NCBI GenBank assembly: GCA_905478415.1
Contig: CAJQIG010000001.1
Span: 309,892 to 373,891 of the forward strand
Direction: 5' to 3'
DNA: 64,000 nucleotides
Source of the DNA: an uncultured Patescibacteria group bacterium
GTDB taxonomy: Bacteria; Patescibacteriota; Microgenomatia; UBA1400; PJMF01
In this document: in pieces, positions 10,094 to 19,542 of the stretch
Layout: each line of letters begins with the position of its first letter
Position numbering within the stretch: the first letter of the stretch is position 1
The notes under the pieces: model-generated
Told to the model about the DNA's origin: nothing
What the model saw: only the letters and a program-made list of their open reading frames with translations
Database searches by the model: none
Position numbers and translations under genes: made by a program

Positions 10094-10702
10094 ATGCAAT
10101 TTTCGACTAAAGCCACACTTTTGACACTCACCACAAGTACACTCTTACTTGCAGCCTGTATCAAAAAACCAGCCGACAACACTGTAAAAAACGTGGCTGA
10201 ATCACAGGAAATGGCCATGGCCATTCAAAATGATACTCCTCTGAAGTGTATGATTACTGACTCATCTGGCACCACCATTGAGTATGCTGTTAAAGGCCAA
10301 AAAATGCGCATGACCATTCCTCAAGAAGATAGCCTCAGTTACATGATTAATGATGGTGAATATGTATATATGTGGGAAGAGGGTGCAACTGAAGGTATTA
10401 AAAACCGAATTCTTTCCGAAGATGAGCTCACAGAAACTGCTGAACAAATGGAAGACTACACCACCGACCTGCCAGACTTTTATAATGAAGAAGCTATCTC
10501 AGAGTATGAAGATACTGGCCACACGGTCGATTGCCAAAAAGACTCTTTCGGTGATGAACTCTTTATGACCCCTCAAGGAGTAACCTTTGTCAGTCTCGAA
10601 GAAAAAATGCAAGAGGCTTTTGATGGAATGCAAAAAAGTGTAGAAGGTGTACCAAACATAGAGCTTCCAACTGAAGCTAATGGGATGATGCCTCCTCGCT
10701 AA
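10094..10702 (+). CDS. Putative lipoprotein
   Basis: AAGGAG RBS before ATG at 10094; lipobox LLAAC. Confidence 0.75.
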   Translation: MQFSTKATLLTLTTSTLLLAACIKKPADNTVKNVAESQEMAMAIQNDTPLKCMITDSSGTTIEYAVKGQKMRMTIPQEDSLSYMINDGEYVYMWEEGATEGIKNRILSEDELTETAEQMEDYTTDLPDFYNEEAISEYEDTGHTVDCQKDSFGDELFMTPQGVTFVSLEEKMQEAFDGMQKSVEGVPNIELPTEANGMMPPR

Positions 10703-10705
10703 AAA

Positions 10706-11179
10706 TTAACGAGTGACAGAAAGCTCACTTTTTTCTGCTTTGCAAGCTGCAACGATTATCTCTCCTTTTTCCGATATAGTCACACTATATCCAGATGTGC
10801 TGGCCGTTTTCTCAAAACTTGGGTCTCGCGGCAAAACAGCAAGGTACGAAGCCAACTCACTTGCAAGGTCAATACAGACATCCTGTGCTTTAGGACAAGC
10901 ACTCATTCCACTATCAAAACACGTACCGAGTTGCTTCTCTTGCATACCGAGAGTTAAACCTGCTGGCAAGCTATTTCCCGTGTCAACAGTGCGTTGATGA
11001 ATAGCAGTAATTATTGTAGTGATATCTTCAGTACGCTGAGCATCACGAACATCAGCTAGAGGATCATAGGGACTAAAAACAATAAGTGAAATAAAAGCTG
11101 TCGTTGCTAACACAAAAATAATCAAAAAAAGCTCTAGTAAAGTAAGCGATTTTTTGCGGTCAACTGACAATTCAACCAT
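10706..11179 (-). CDS. Type IV pilin-like protein
   Basis: Degenerate prepilin motif KSLTLLEL plus hydrophobic helix; RDAQR..D and YL..LPRDP, typical of CPR pilins. Confidence 0.8.
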   Translation of the reverse strand: MVELSVDRKKSLTLLELFLIIFVLATTAFISLIVFSPYDPLADVRDAQRTEDITTIITAIHQRTVDTGNSLPAGLTLGMQEKQLGTCFDSGMSACPKAQDVCIDLASELASYLAVLPRDPSFEKTASTSGYSVTISEKGEIIVAACKAEKSELSVTR

Positions 11180-11261
11180 GGACAGATTTCTAAGCGTTGT
11201 GCTGTATACAGTAAACCATATTTACAGACGCTGGTAAATCACTTAGTTACACCAGAACCAG

Positions 11262-11798
11262 ATGCCATATGCTAAGATAGCAGCTATCATGATCACTGCC
11301 GAATCCTATCACTCCACCGTTAAACATATTCTCGATATACTCACCCAACACTCGTGTTGGTTTGAAACTTTCGAACACGAGGCAGTTCGAACAAGTGAAG
11401 AAGCAGCCAAAATAAGAACTGGTTATTCACTTTCCCAAGGAGCAAAAGCCCTTATCATTCAAGCTAAAAGAAGCAGTACAGATCGATTTTTTGCGATGAT
11501 CGTCATCCCTGGCAACAGGACTTTCGACTCTAAACTAGTTAAAAAAATCCTAGGAGTCAAATCGATTCGATTTGCAACTCCAGAAGAAGTAACTGAGGTA
11601 ACCAATGGTATTCAAGTGGGTGGTGTCCCCCCCTGGGGAAGTTTATTCAAACTGGAAACGTATGTAGATGCCACGCTCCTAAAACATGAAGCCATCATTT
11701 TTAATGCTGGGGATCGTAGGTTTTCTATTGCAATGAAAACTGCAGACTATATAAAACTCAATGCATCTAAAAAAGTGAACGTTACTTCTGTCAATTAA
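11262..11798 (+). CDS. YbaK/ProX aminoacyl-tRNA editing domain protein
   Basis: TSEEAA, AKAL, RFAT.EEV, GGVPP and FNAG motifs; true start may be ATG at 11289. Confidence 0.88.
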   Translation: MPYAKIAAIMITAESYHSTVKHILDILTQHSCWFETFEHEAVRTSEEAAKIRTGYSLSQGAKALIIQAKRSSTDRFFAMIVIPGNRTFDSKLVKKILGVKSIRFATPEEVTEVTNGIQVGGVPPWGSLFKLETYVDATLLKHEAIIFNAGDRRFSIAMKTADYIKLNASKKVNVTSVN

Positions 11799-12280
11799 CG
11801 ATGTGATGAGCCAATCAAAGCCAGCTGTGTTTGGCTCCAAGGGTACTGCTTCACAAGCAGCACAAGTTCAGACTGGGTATCTGAATAAAGCTCAGCCTCT
11901 TGCCCAATTTCGATGCTGCGTATTTGCGTAACTGTGTACGTATAGCGACCATTATTGCTACCTGTTACAACCAAACTGTCTCCAATTTTTAATCCCTTAC
12001 CCGATAAAAACATGTTTCTATCTTGAGCTTCTAAAACTACCGAGTTAGTCGTTCCTAACCCCTGAGAACTCACTTCTCTAACTACTGTAGTTTTTGTTTT
12101 TGACACTAAGTACTCTTTTCCAAGTGTGGGTATAGCAATACTTTCAGTTGAAACAACATGTTCTCTGATCAAAAAATCTGGCACTGCCTGAACTTGTATC
12201 GAAGGTTGTAATACAGCTACCGAAACACCCAAACCCAGTCCCAATCCCATACTCGCTACTAAAAAAAGTCTGTTCTTCAT
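11795..12280 (-). CDS. Sortase-like protein, catalytic residues apparently absent
   Basis: N-terminal anchor, IAIPTLG, LKIGD...YTYTVTQ...ELVL pattern; no Cys anywhere in the protein. Confidence 0.6.
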   Translation of the reverse strand: MKNRLFLVASMGLGLGLGVSVAVLQPSIQVQAVPDFLIREHVVSTESIAIPTLGKEYLVSKTKTTVVREVSSQGLGTTNSVVLEAQDRNMFLSGKGLKIGDSLVVTGSNNGRYTYTVTQIRSIEIGQEAELYSDTQSELVLLVKQYPWSQTQLALIGSSHR

Positions 12281-12349
12281 ATATATGTTTATAGTATATC
12301 AAAATTGGACGTAATAGACCAGAAACTTAAAAAAAGGTATACTCTGACC

Positions 12350-13396
12350 ATGGTAAAAAATAGCTTCATTACTTTCTTTCTGATCCTCCTCGCTTTTGTT
12401 GGCGGTCTTGCTGCCTCAAAAGTCCCAGACTACTTTTTTGAAGAAAATGGGGAGCTCTTAATCCCAACCATCATTAACCCCATGGCGCAAAAGAAAGAAC
12501 CTCCTCTACAAAGGTATGCTATTCCCAGACTCAAAGAGCTACCTATTTCGACTGAGAAACTACTGGCCTACGAAGAACTAGATAAAACAAGTAGCTACAC
12601 CAGTTATCTTTTCACCTGGGAAACACTGGGTAAAGTTATGACTGGCCAAGTCAATATTCCAACTAAAATCGAAAAAGAAAATCCTAAAACCATAGTGCTA
12701 CTCAGGGGCTATGTGCCAGAAGAGATCTATGAAACTGGAGTAGGTACTGCAAATGCTGCAGCAGTGTTCGCAAAAAATGGCTACGTCACCGTCGCCCCCG
12801 ACTTCTTTGGATACGGTGGCAGTGATCCAGAGCCCATCGACACTTGGCAAGCTCGCTTCGAAAAACCACAAATTGTCATGGAGTTACTGCAATCGATTGC
12901 TCAGGCTGGTATTCAGGTTGGCGAAACGCAACTTATTTCTTCAATAAATGTAGGAATCTGGGCCCATAGTAACGGAGGTCAAATTGCACTCTCCACCCTA
13001 GAATCTTACGAGCTCCAAACACCAACGACTCTTTGGGCTCCTGTCTCAGCCCCCTTTCCTTACGCTATCCAGTTTTTTTCTGATGAACTTGCAGACGAAG
13101 GAAAAACACAACGCAAATGGATTTCAATCTTCGAAGACACCTATGATACCTTTGATTTTTCGGTCACTCAGCATATCACCCAACTCAAAGCCCCACTACA
13201 GTTTCACCATGGAGAACTTGATGATGCCGCTCCTATTGCATGGAGTAACGAATTTGTAGAAAAAATTGAAACTCAAAACGAAGACCTACCACTCACCTAC
13301 TACACATACAAAAATACTGATCATAATATGCAGCCATCCTGGAATACAGCTATCTCTCGAGATTTGAGCTTCTTTAAAGAGTATCTGGAACAGTGA
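12350..13396 (+). CDS. Membrane-anchored alpha/beta hydrolase (S9 peptidase-like)
   Basis: APDFFGYGGSD, WAHSNGG nucleophile elbow, HHGELDD and DHN; start at ATG 12350. Confidence 0.85.
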   Translation: MVKNSFITFFLILLAFVGGLAASKVPDYFFEENGELLIPTIINPMAQKKEPPLQRYAIPRLKELPISTEKLLAYEELDKTSSYTSYLFTWETLGKVMTGQVNIPTKIEKENPKTIVLLRGYVPEEIYETGVGTANAAAVFAKNGYVTVAPDFFGYGGSDPEPIDTWQARFEKPQIVMELLQSIAQAGIQVGETQLISSINVGIWAHSNGGQIALSTLESYELQTPTTLWAPVSAPFPYAIQFFSDELADEGKTQRKWISIFEDTYDTFDFSVTQHITQLKAPLQFHHGELDDAAPIAWSNEFVEKIETQNEDLPLTYYTYKNTDHNMQPSWNTAISRDLSFFKEYLEQ

Positions 13397-13464
13397 CATT
13401 TCTAAAAGACGGGTACTTAAAACCTGTGTTAGAATAATTTTAGAACTAAATTTGAAGGACCAAT

Positions 13465-13938
13465 ATGCAAAATAGTGAAACCAAAGTCAGACCAGACACC
13501 CCAGAAATGATACGGGTAAAAACACTGGAAAGTGAAATTCTCTCACTGGCAGCTGTGAATGGTCAAGTGGATTCTGAGCAATATACTGAAGTACGAGAAA
13601 AAGTACGCGTATTTGCTCAAGAAGCAGCAATAAGTGGCAACGAAGATACACTTGGTTTAGCTAGACATTTAGTAGGTATGCTTCAAACTCAAGAAGAAAA
13701 TATTCGTTTCGATCTATTACGACATGAACTTACTACTTTAGAAGAACAAGTTGTTACAACCGATAACGATAACATTAGTGAATTATCAATGTTAAGTAGT
13801 AAAATATACGAACTCATTCAGAAAATGGAGCGGATGTCAGCAGAACGAAATATGACGGCCGTACTTGAAACCGCAAGAAATCTCAGAGCAGGTGTTGAAG
13901 AAAGACTGCAACAAAGCCTTTTTTCTCCAAGTTCTTAA
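13465..13938 (+). CDS. Hypothetical helical protein
   Basis: 157 aa ORF with AAGGA RBS. Confidence 0.65.
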   Translation: MQNSETKVRPDTPEMIRVKTLESEILSLAAVNGQVDSEQYTEVREKVRVFAQEAAISGNEDTLGLARHLVGMLQTQEENIRFDLLRHELTTLEEQVVTTDNDNISELSMLSSKIYELIQKMERMSAERNMTAVLETARNLRAGVEERLQQSLFSPSS

Positions 13939-13940
13939 AC

Positions 13941-15062
13941 TCAATTAAGAACTTCAGCTTCTGCCTCGACAACCGTGTCTAATAATCCTCCAGATGAATG
14001 TGCTCGCACCTTTTCAACCCGCTTCTGCATCTGGCGAACACGCGTCCCCGAAAGTTCTTCATAACTTGTCTGCAACGTTTTGATAGCTCGACCATACTTA
14101 TCCAAAGATGCCACAAACTTTTCCCACTCCATTGAAAATTGATCTACATGTTTGATAACTTCTTTGAGCTGATCACCAATCATAAAGTTGCGATAACTTT
14201 CCATGACAGTCCGGGCCACAATCAGGAACGTAAAGGGTGACACCAAAAGCACTCGTTGTTGCAAAGCTCTATCAACTAAATGTGGTAACTTTTGGTTAAT
14301 AAACGAAAATACCATCTCATTTGGCACAAACATAATAGCGTAATCGAGCGTGTTAAATTCTGGCACAATGTACTCGGCCACCTTATCAATTTTTTTCTTG
14401 AGATCAATCTCGAACTGCTTTAAGTGTGCTGTCCGAGCAACCTTTGTTTGAGCTTCAGCCAATTTCTGCATCTCGCTATACGGAAACTTCACATCAACCG
14501 CGACTAAACGATCATTTGGAAGCAAGAGGGTGATATCGGGAATTAATTTTGATGTCCCTAGTTTTGCTTGTCGTTTATAGTGCAAACCTTCTTGCATGCC
14601 ATGAGACGTCAATAAGTCTTCAATAATTCGTTCTCCCCAAGCTCCTCTAGACTGGTTATTTGAGAGCACTTTCGAAAGCTGTTCTGTCGAAATTTTAAGA
14701 TCATTCGTAATTTCGCGCTGCGTTTCGAGAGCAGAGACAATCTCAGTAAACTTCTCAACCCGGTCATTCTCAATTTTTCTAATTTCTGTTTGGCGAGTAT
14801 CCATGTCTTTTTGTAACTGTTTGACTAAGCGCTCCATCATCAGGTGCTTATTTTCTAAATCCACCTTAATGGCTTCTTTTTCTCCAGCTAATATGTGTCG
14901 ACTTTGTTCGGCAATTTTTTGAGCAGACATGCCGAATACTCTGTCGACAGTTTTTTCAATATCAGATTCCCGCTTGGTATCAAACAATTTTTTCTGAAAG
15001 AAAAGAATGGCTGCAAAACCAGTAATAAGTAGTAATGAAATAACAATCAGTTCAAATGACAT
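13941..15062 (-). CDS. rmuC: DNA recombination protein RmuC
   Basis: N-terminal TM, coiled coil, RGAWGE, PD..LP....VDVKFP and T.DYAIMFVPNE; start at ATG 15062. Confidence 0.92.
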   Translation of the reverse strand: MSFELIVISLLLITGFAAILFFQKKLFDTKRESDIEKTVDRVFGMSAQKIAEQSRHILAGEKEAIKVDLENKHLMMERLVKQLQKDMDTRQTEIRKIENDRVEKFTEIVSALETQREITNDLKISTEQLSKVLSNNQSRGAWGERIIEDLLTSHGMQEGLHYKRQAKLGTSKLIPDITLLLPNDRLVAVDVKFPYSEMQKLAEAQTKVARTAHLKQFEIDLKKKIDKVAEYIVPEFNTLDYAIMFVPNEMVFSFINQKLPHLVDRALQQRVLLVSPFTFLIVARTVMESYRNFMIGDQLKEVIKHVDQFSMEWEKFVASLDKYGRAIKTLQTSYEELSGTRVRQMQKRVEKVRAHSSGGLLDTVVEAEAEVLN

Positions 15063-15158
15063 ATACAATCCCTTGGTTAGTCTAGCTTTCAAAAATGAAA
15101 GTAAGTACAGTATACTAAAGTTAGTACAAAATACTAATCTGATCGCGCACCTCCAAGT

Positions 15159-15629
15159 ATGGATACACACCACCACACTACTTCACCAGATCGAGCCCGA
15201 TCACGTTTGAAAAAAACTAGTCCTGTTAAGAATCGTTCACGAACATCTTCTGTTCCTTCTCCACTCTTACAAAAATATCTACGATTCAGTCCTTTGCTTC
15301 TCATTGCAGCTGTAAATGGCATAGTCATTTGGAATGTCATAACTCGTGTTGACCCTCAAAAGCTACAGCATATGATTATTCCTAATAGCTATGCACCGAT
15401 GTTGCTGTTGCTCATGAGCCTAAGTTTCTTTTTAGGAAGTTACTTATTTTTAAATACTGGTCGAGGAGCACGAATTGCTCTCATAACCGGTCTCTACTTT
15501 TTTCTTAAATTTCAACATGTATTTTTTTCATTGTCAGTGTATCTTTTCTTACTCGTGCTCTTCTTTGGACTCGAAAGTAGTAGTTTTATAAAAAAGTGGA
15601 AGTTCGGGTCGAAAAATCGCCCTAAATAG
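15159..15629 (+). CDS. Hypothetical membrane protein
   Basis: Basic N-terminus followed by about four hydrophobic segments. Confidence 0.7.
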   Translation: MDTHHHTTSPDRARSRLKKTSPVKNRSRTSSVPSPLLQKYLRFSPLLLIAAVNGIVIWNVITRVDPQKLQHMIIPNSYAPMLLLLMSLSFFLGSYLFLNTGRGARIALITGLYFFLKFQHVFFSLSVYLFLLVLFFGLESSSFIKKWKFGSKNRPK

Positions 15630-15663
15630 ATTACAATACCAGAGGAAATAAAAATACGAGCCC

Positions 15664-17091
15664 ATGAAAAAAAACTACTATATTACTACCACCCTCCCCT
15701 ATGTTAACGCCGAACCACATATTGGTTTTGCACAAGAAATAATTGCTGCCGATGTCCTGGCCCGTTTTCACAAAGAACTGTTGAGAGAAACCATTATCTT
15801 CAACACTGGTACGGACGAACATGGTCAAAAAATTCATCAAAAGGCACTTGAAGCAGGTGTTCCTACACAAGCATATGTAGATACCTATGCCGCCAAATTT
15901 TCTGAACTCAAAGAACTCTTAGCCATTGAATATACTCATTTTATCCGAACAACAGATCCGGCACATAAAAAGGCAGCACAAGAATTTTGGCGTCGCTGCG
16001 AAACAAATGGAGATATCTATAAGAAAGAGTACACACTTTCGTACTGTGTTGGCTGTGAGCTTGAGAAACAGAGCTCTGATCTTGTTGATGGACGATGTCC
16101 CCTACATCCCAATAAGGAAATTGAAATTAGAGAAGAAGAAAATTACTTTTTCAAGTTCTCCCGTTATCAAGATGCCCTCCTCAAACTTTACTCTGATCAT
16201 CCAACTTTTGTGGAACCAGATAGTAAGATGAAAGAAATAACTGCCTTTGTCAAAGGTGGGCTCAAGGACTTTAGTATCTCCCGACTCAAAGAAAAAATGC
16301 CCTGGGGTGTACCAGTGCCAGGTGATGAAGATCACGTCATGTATGTGTGGTTCGACGCCCTCGTCAACTATGTTTCCACACTTGGGTGGCCAGAAGAATC
16401 ATCTGAATTTCAAGCATTTTGGCCAGGAACCCAAGTTGCTGGTAAAGATAATCTTCGTCAGCAATCAGCTATGTGGCAAGCCATGTTAGCCTCAGCTGGA
16501 CTCCCTTTTAGCAAACAAATTTTCATCAATGGTTTTATTAGTGTTGATGGACAAAAAATGAGTAAATCTTTAGGAAATGTCATTGCTCCCACTGAGATGG
16601 TGGCTCGGTATGGAACCGAAGCTACTCGTTTCTTGTTAATGGAACTCGGTCCATTCGGTACCGATATGGATGTTACCTGGGAAAAACTTGATACCACATT
16701 TACAGCACATCTTTCTAATGGGTTAGGTAACCTCTGTTCTCGGGTGGCTAAAATGTGTGAAAAAAATGGCAGTGACTTTAGTAAAGATGAACAAGCTCCG
16801 GTAACATCTGAAGAATATACTTCAGACTTACATGCTGGGAGAGTTAAAGAAGCACTTGAGTTAACCTTTAATCTTATTTCCACTGGTGATCAATTTCTCA
16901 GTGAAATGAAACCATGGAAAGAAGAAGGCGACACACAAACGAAAATCCTCCAAACAGCTGTTTCCAACATCTTACAGATAGCAACTCAGCTCACCCCATT
17001 CATGCCAGAGACTGCTGCAACTATTGCTACACATTTTTCTCAAACACACATCCTTGCTTTGAGTCCACTCTTTCCACGACTGGAGAAGTAA
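15664..17091 (+). CDS. metG: Methionine--tRNA ligase (short form)
   Basis: YITTTLPYVN.PHIG, GTDEHG, YVWFDAL and KMSKS. Confidence 0.97.
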   Translation: MKKNYYITTTLPYVNAEPHIGFAQEIIAADVLARFHKELLRETIIFNTGTDEHGQKIHQKALEAGVPTQAYVDTYAAKFSELKELLAIEYTHFIRTTDPAHKKAAQEFWRRCETNGDIYKKEYTLSYCVGCELEKQSSDLVDGRCPLHPNKEIEIREEENYFFKFSRYQDALLKLYSDHPTFVEPDSKMKEITAFVKGGLKDFSISRLKEKMPWGVPVPGDEDHVMYVWFDALVNYVSTLGWPEESSEFQAFWPGTQVAGKDNLRQQSAMWQAMLASAGLPFSKQIFINGFISVDGQKMSKSLGNVIAPTEMVARYGTEATRFLLMELGPFGTDMDVTWEKLDTTFTAHLSNGLGNLCSRVAKMCEKNGSDFSKDEQAPVTSEEYTSDLHAGRVKEALELTFNLISTGDQFLSEMKPWKEEGDTQTKILQTAVSNILQIATQLTPFMPETAATIATHFSQTHILALSPLFPRLEK

Positions 17092-17111
17092 CATTCACCG
17101 AAATTCCAATT

Positions 17112-17960
17112 ATGCATATTTTCGATACTCACTGCCATTACAACCTCGACCCTCTTGCCACTAATTGGGAAGCACACTGGAGTAAAGCACAAACTGCAGG
17201 GGTTACACACTCCATAATTGTGGGAACTGATATAGAGTCAAGCCAAATGGCACTCACTCAAGCCAAAAGTCAAAAACAACTCTTTGCAAGTGTTGGGATA
17301 CATCCTGGTTCACTCGAAGATATATTTCACCCAGAAATGAAACCACGAGATATTGAAGTGATACTTGAAAAATTGACTCTAAAATTGACTACCCTCTTAC
17401 AATCTAATCCTGTTGCACTTGGAGAAGTCGGACTTGACTACTATCGTCTCCGTTCAAAAGGACTTAAACGCGAATTTCTAGAAAACATTCAAAAAACTAT
17501 GCTTATTATCCAACTCAACCTTGCTAAAACATATAACCTACCAGTCATTGCTCACGTTCGGGATCAGATAGACCGCACCGAAGAAAATGCCTACTTTGAT
17601 TTCCTCAAGATCATTGAAAAATACCCTCCCACCAAATTTGTGCTGCACTGTGCATCCGGACCTCTCGCATATATTGAGAAAGCAATCGAAATGGGAGCCT
17701 CTATTGGTGTTGATGGCAATGTAACCTACGACTCTGCCGAACACATCCGAAAAATTGTTGCACTCACGCCATCTGAGAAACTACTACTCGAGACAGATGC
17801 TCCGTATCTTGCCCCTAATCAACACAAAGGAGAAATCTGTGAGCCCTGGATGATCAGTGAGACAGCTCAGTATCTAGAATCAGAACTCACTCAAAATCTC
17901 GAACAAATCTATCAAAATAGCTTTTCCTTTTTTGATCTGGAGAGAAATCAAGTACAATAG
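17112..17960 (+). CDS. tatD: TatD family DNase
   Basis: DTHCH, GIHP, GEVGLDYY and LLETDAPYL; start at ATG 17112. Confidence 0.93.
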   Translation: MHIFDTHCHYNLDPLATNWEAHWSKAQTAGVTHSIIVGTDIESSQMALTQAKSQKQLFASVGIHPGSLEDIFHPEMKPRDIEVILEKLTLKLTTLLQSNPVALGEVGLDYYRLRSKGLKREFLENIQKTMLIIQLNLAKTYNLPVIAHVRDQIDRTEENAYFDFLKIIEKYPPTKFVLHCASGPLAYIEKAIEMGASIGVDGNVTYDSAEHIRKIVALTPSEKLLLETDAPYLAPNQHKGEICEPWMISETAQYLESELTQNLEQIYQNSFSFFDLERNQVQ

Positions 17961-17969
17961 AGACTGTTT

Positions 17970-19475
17970 ATGGGAAACTTTTTACGTCGTTATATTAACC
18001 GCCATCCAATCCGATCACAACGATTTTTGGAAATTTTACCAGGATTCGTCTCGTGGTCATTGATTTTGTTTCCATTCTGGGGTTCATTGATTGTTCCTGA
18101 GTTTGTAGCTTATTTTGTGATTGTCTTTGCAGTTTACTGGCTCTATCGATCTATCTCAATGTCAATTCTGGCAGTCATGGGACACTTCAGAATTAAAGCT
18201 GCAACTTCATTTAACTGGATTGAGGACCTTAAAAGAACATTCCCAAAAAAATGGAATAGTATTCATCATGTGATTATTATTCCCACTTATAAAGAGCCAC
18301 TTGAAACGCTTGAAAGAACTCTCGATGGACTTTCAAAACAATCATACTTGCTCTCCAACATTCATATTATGCTTTCATTTGAAGAGCGTGAAGGTACGGA
18401 AGCTGATCAAAAAGCTACTGTGCTCTTAAAAAAATATGGAAAAACCTTTGGACATCTTTGGACTACTAAACACCCAGATATCAAAGGTGAAGTTAAGGGT
18501 AAATCGTCTAACACAGCTTGGGGAGGCCAAATCGCCAAGAAAAAATTGGTTGATGAACTCAAATTTGATCTTGATACTATTACCATTAGTAGTGAAGACG
18601 CCGATGCACTCTTTCATAAAGACTACTTTAGCAATATCACCTTCGAATTTTTAAGTACTGACTCTCCTTATAACAAAATCTGGCAAGGCGCAGTTGTTTT
18701 TTACAATAATATCTGGAAAGTACCACCACCCATTAGAGTTCTCGCCTCGATGTTTTCGGTTATTCAGATTCATATTTTGATGCGCAGTGATCGCCTGATT
18801 AACTTCTCAACCTATACCACCTCACTTAAACACATAGTTGAAATTGGTTTTTGGGATACAGATGTAATTCCCGAAGATTATCGACTCTTTTTTAAATCCT
18901 ATTTTGCAAAAAAAGGAAATTTTGAAGTCAAGCCAATATTTCTTCCCATTTATTCTGACGCCGCCGAGTCAAACACTTGGTGGTCAACCTTTGCTAACCA
19001 GTACGAACAGCTGAAACGCTGGGCTTGGGGAGTCAGTGATGATGCCTACATCATCAAACAATACATTTTAGCAACCGAAATTCCCTTTTGGGAGAAGACC
19101 GTACGTGTTTCAAAAACCATTGAAGACCACTTCTTGTGGCCAGTTAACTGGTTTATTGTGACTATCGCTGCCTTTCTCCCACCACTCTTAAATCCAGCCT
19201 TTAATAGAACCACAATTGGTAAGACACTGCCTCAGGTGACTTCTTCACTCTTAACTCTTTCTCTCGTTTCTATGGTTATTATCTTTATCATTGATGCTAT
19301 CAACCGTCCTCCCCGCCCAAACAAGCGAAATCCTTTTTCATATATTTTCCAACCTCTCGAGTTCTTGATGCTACCAATCATTGGCTTCTTTTTCTCAGCT
19401 CTACCGGGGATTGATGCTCATACCCGCCTAATGCTGGGCAAATACATTGAGTACAAAGTCACCGAAAAAATCTAA
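17970..19475 (+). CDS. Glycosyltransferase family 2, membrane-embedded
   Basis: IIPTYKE, DAD, PED and QLKRWAWG (QxxRW) motifs. Confidence 0.9.
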   Translation: MGNFLRRYINRHPIRSQRFLEILPGFVSWSLILFPFWGSLIVPEFVAYFVIVFAVYWLYRSISMSILAVMGHFRIKAATSFNWIEDLKRTFPKKWNSIHHVIIIPTYKEPLETLERTLDGLSKQSYLLSNIHIMLSFEEREGTEADQKATVLLKKYGKTFGHLWTTKHPDIKGEVKGKSSNTAWGGQIAKKKLVDELKFDLDTITISSEDADALFHKDYFSNITFEFLSTDSPYNKIWQGAVVFYNNIWKVPPPIRVLASMFSVIQIHILMRSDRLINFSTYTTSLKHIVEIGFWDTDVIPEDYRLFFKSYFAKKGNFEVKPIFLPIYSDAAESNTWWSTFANQYEQLKRWAWGVSDDAYIIKQYILATEIPFWEKTVRVSKTIEDHFLWPVNWFIVTIAAFLPPLLNPAFNRTTIGKTLPQVTSSLLTLSLVSMVIIFIIDAINRPPRPNKRNPFSYIFQPLEFLMLPIIGFFFSALPGIDAHTRLMLGKYIEYKVTEKI

Positions 19476-19542
19476 TTCTCTCTAGCGAAGAAGTAGCTCA
19501 TTGCTGTATAGTGAAGAGTACTAGTAGTACAGAACACCTGCC

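Noticed and set aside
16914-17111. Long N-terminal extension of TatD overlapping metG
   Set aside because: TatD homology begins at MHIFDTHCH (ATG 17112).
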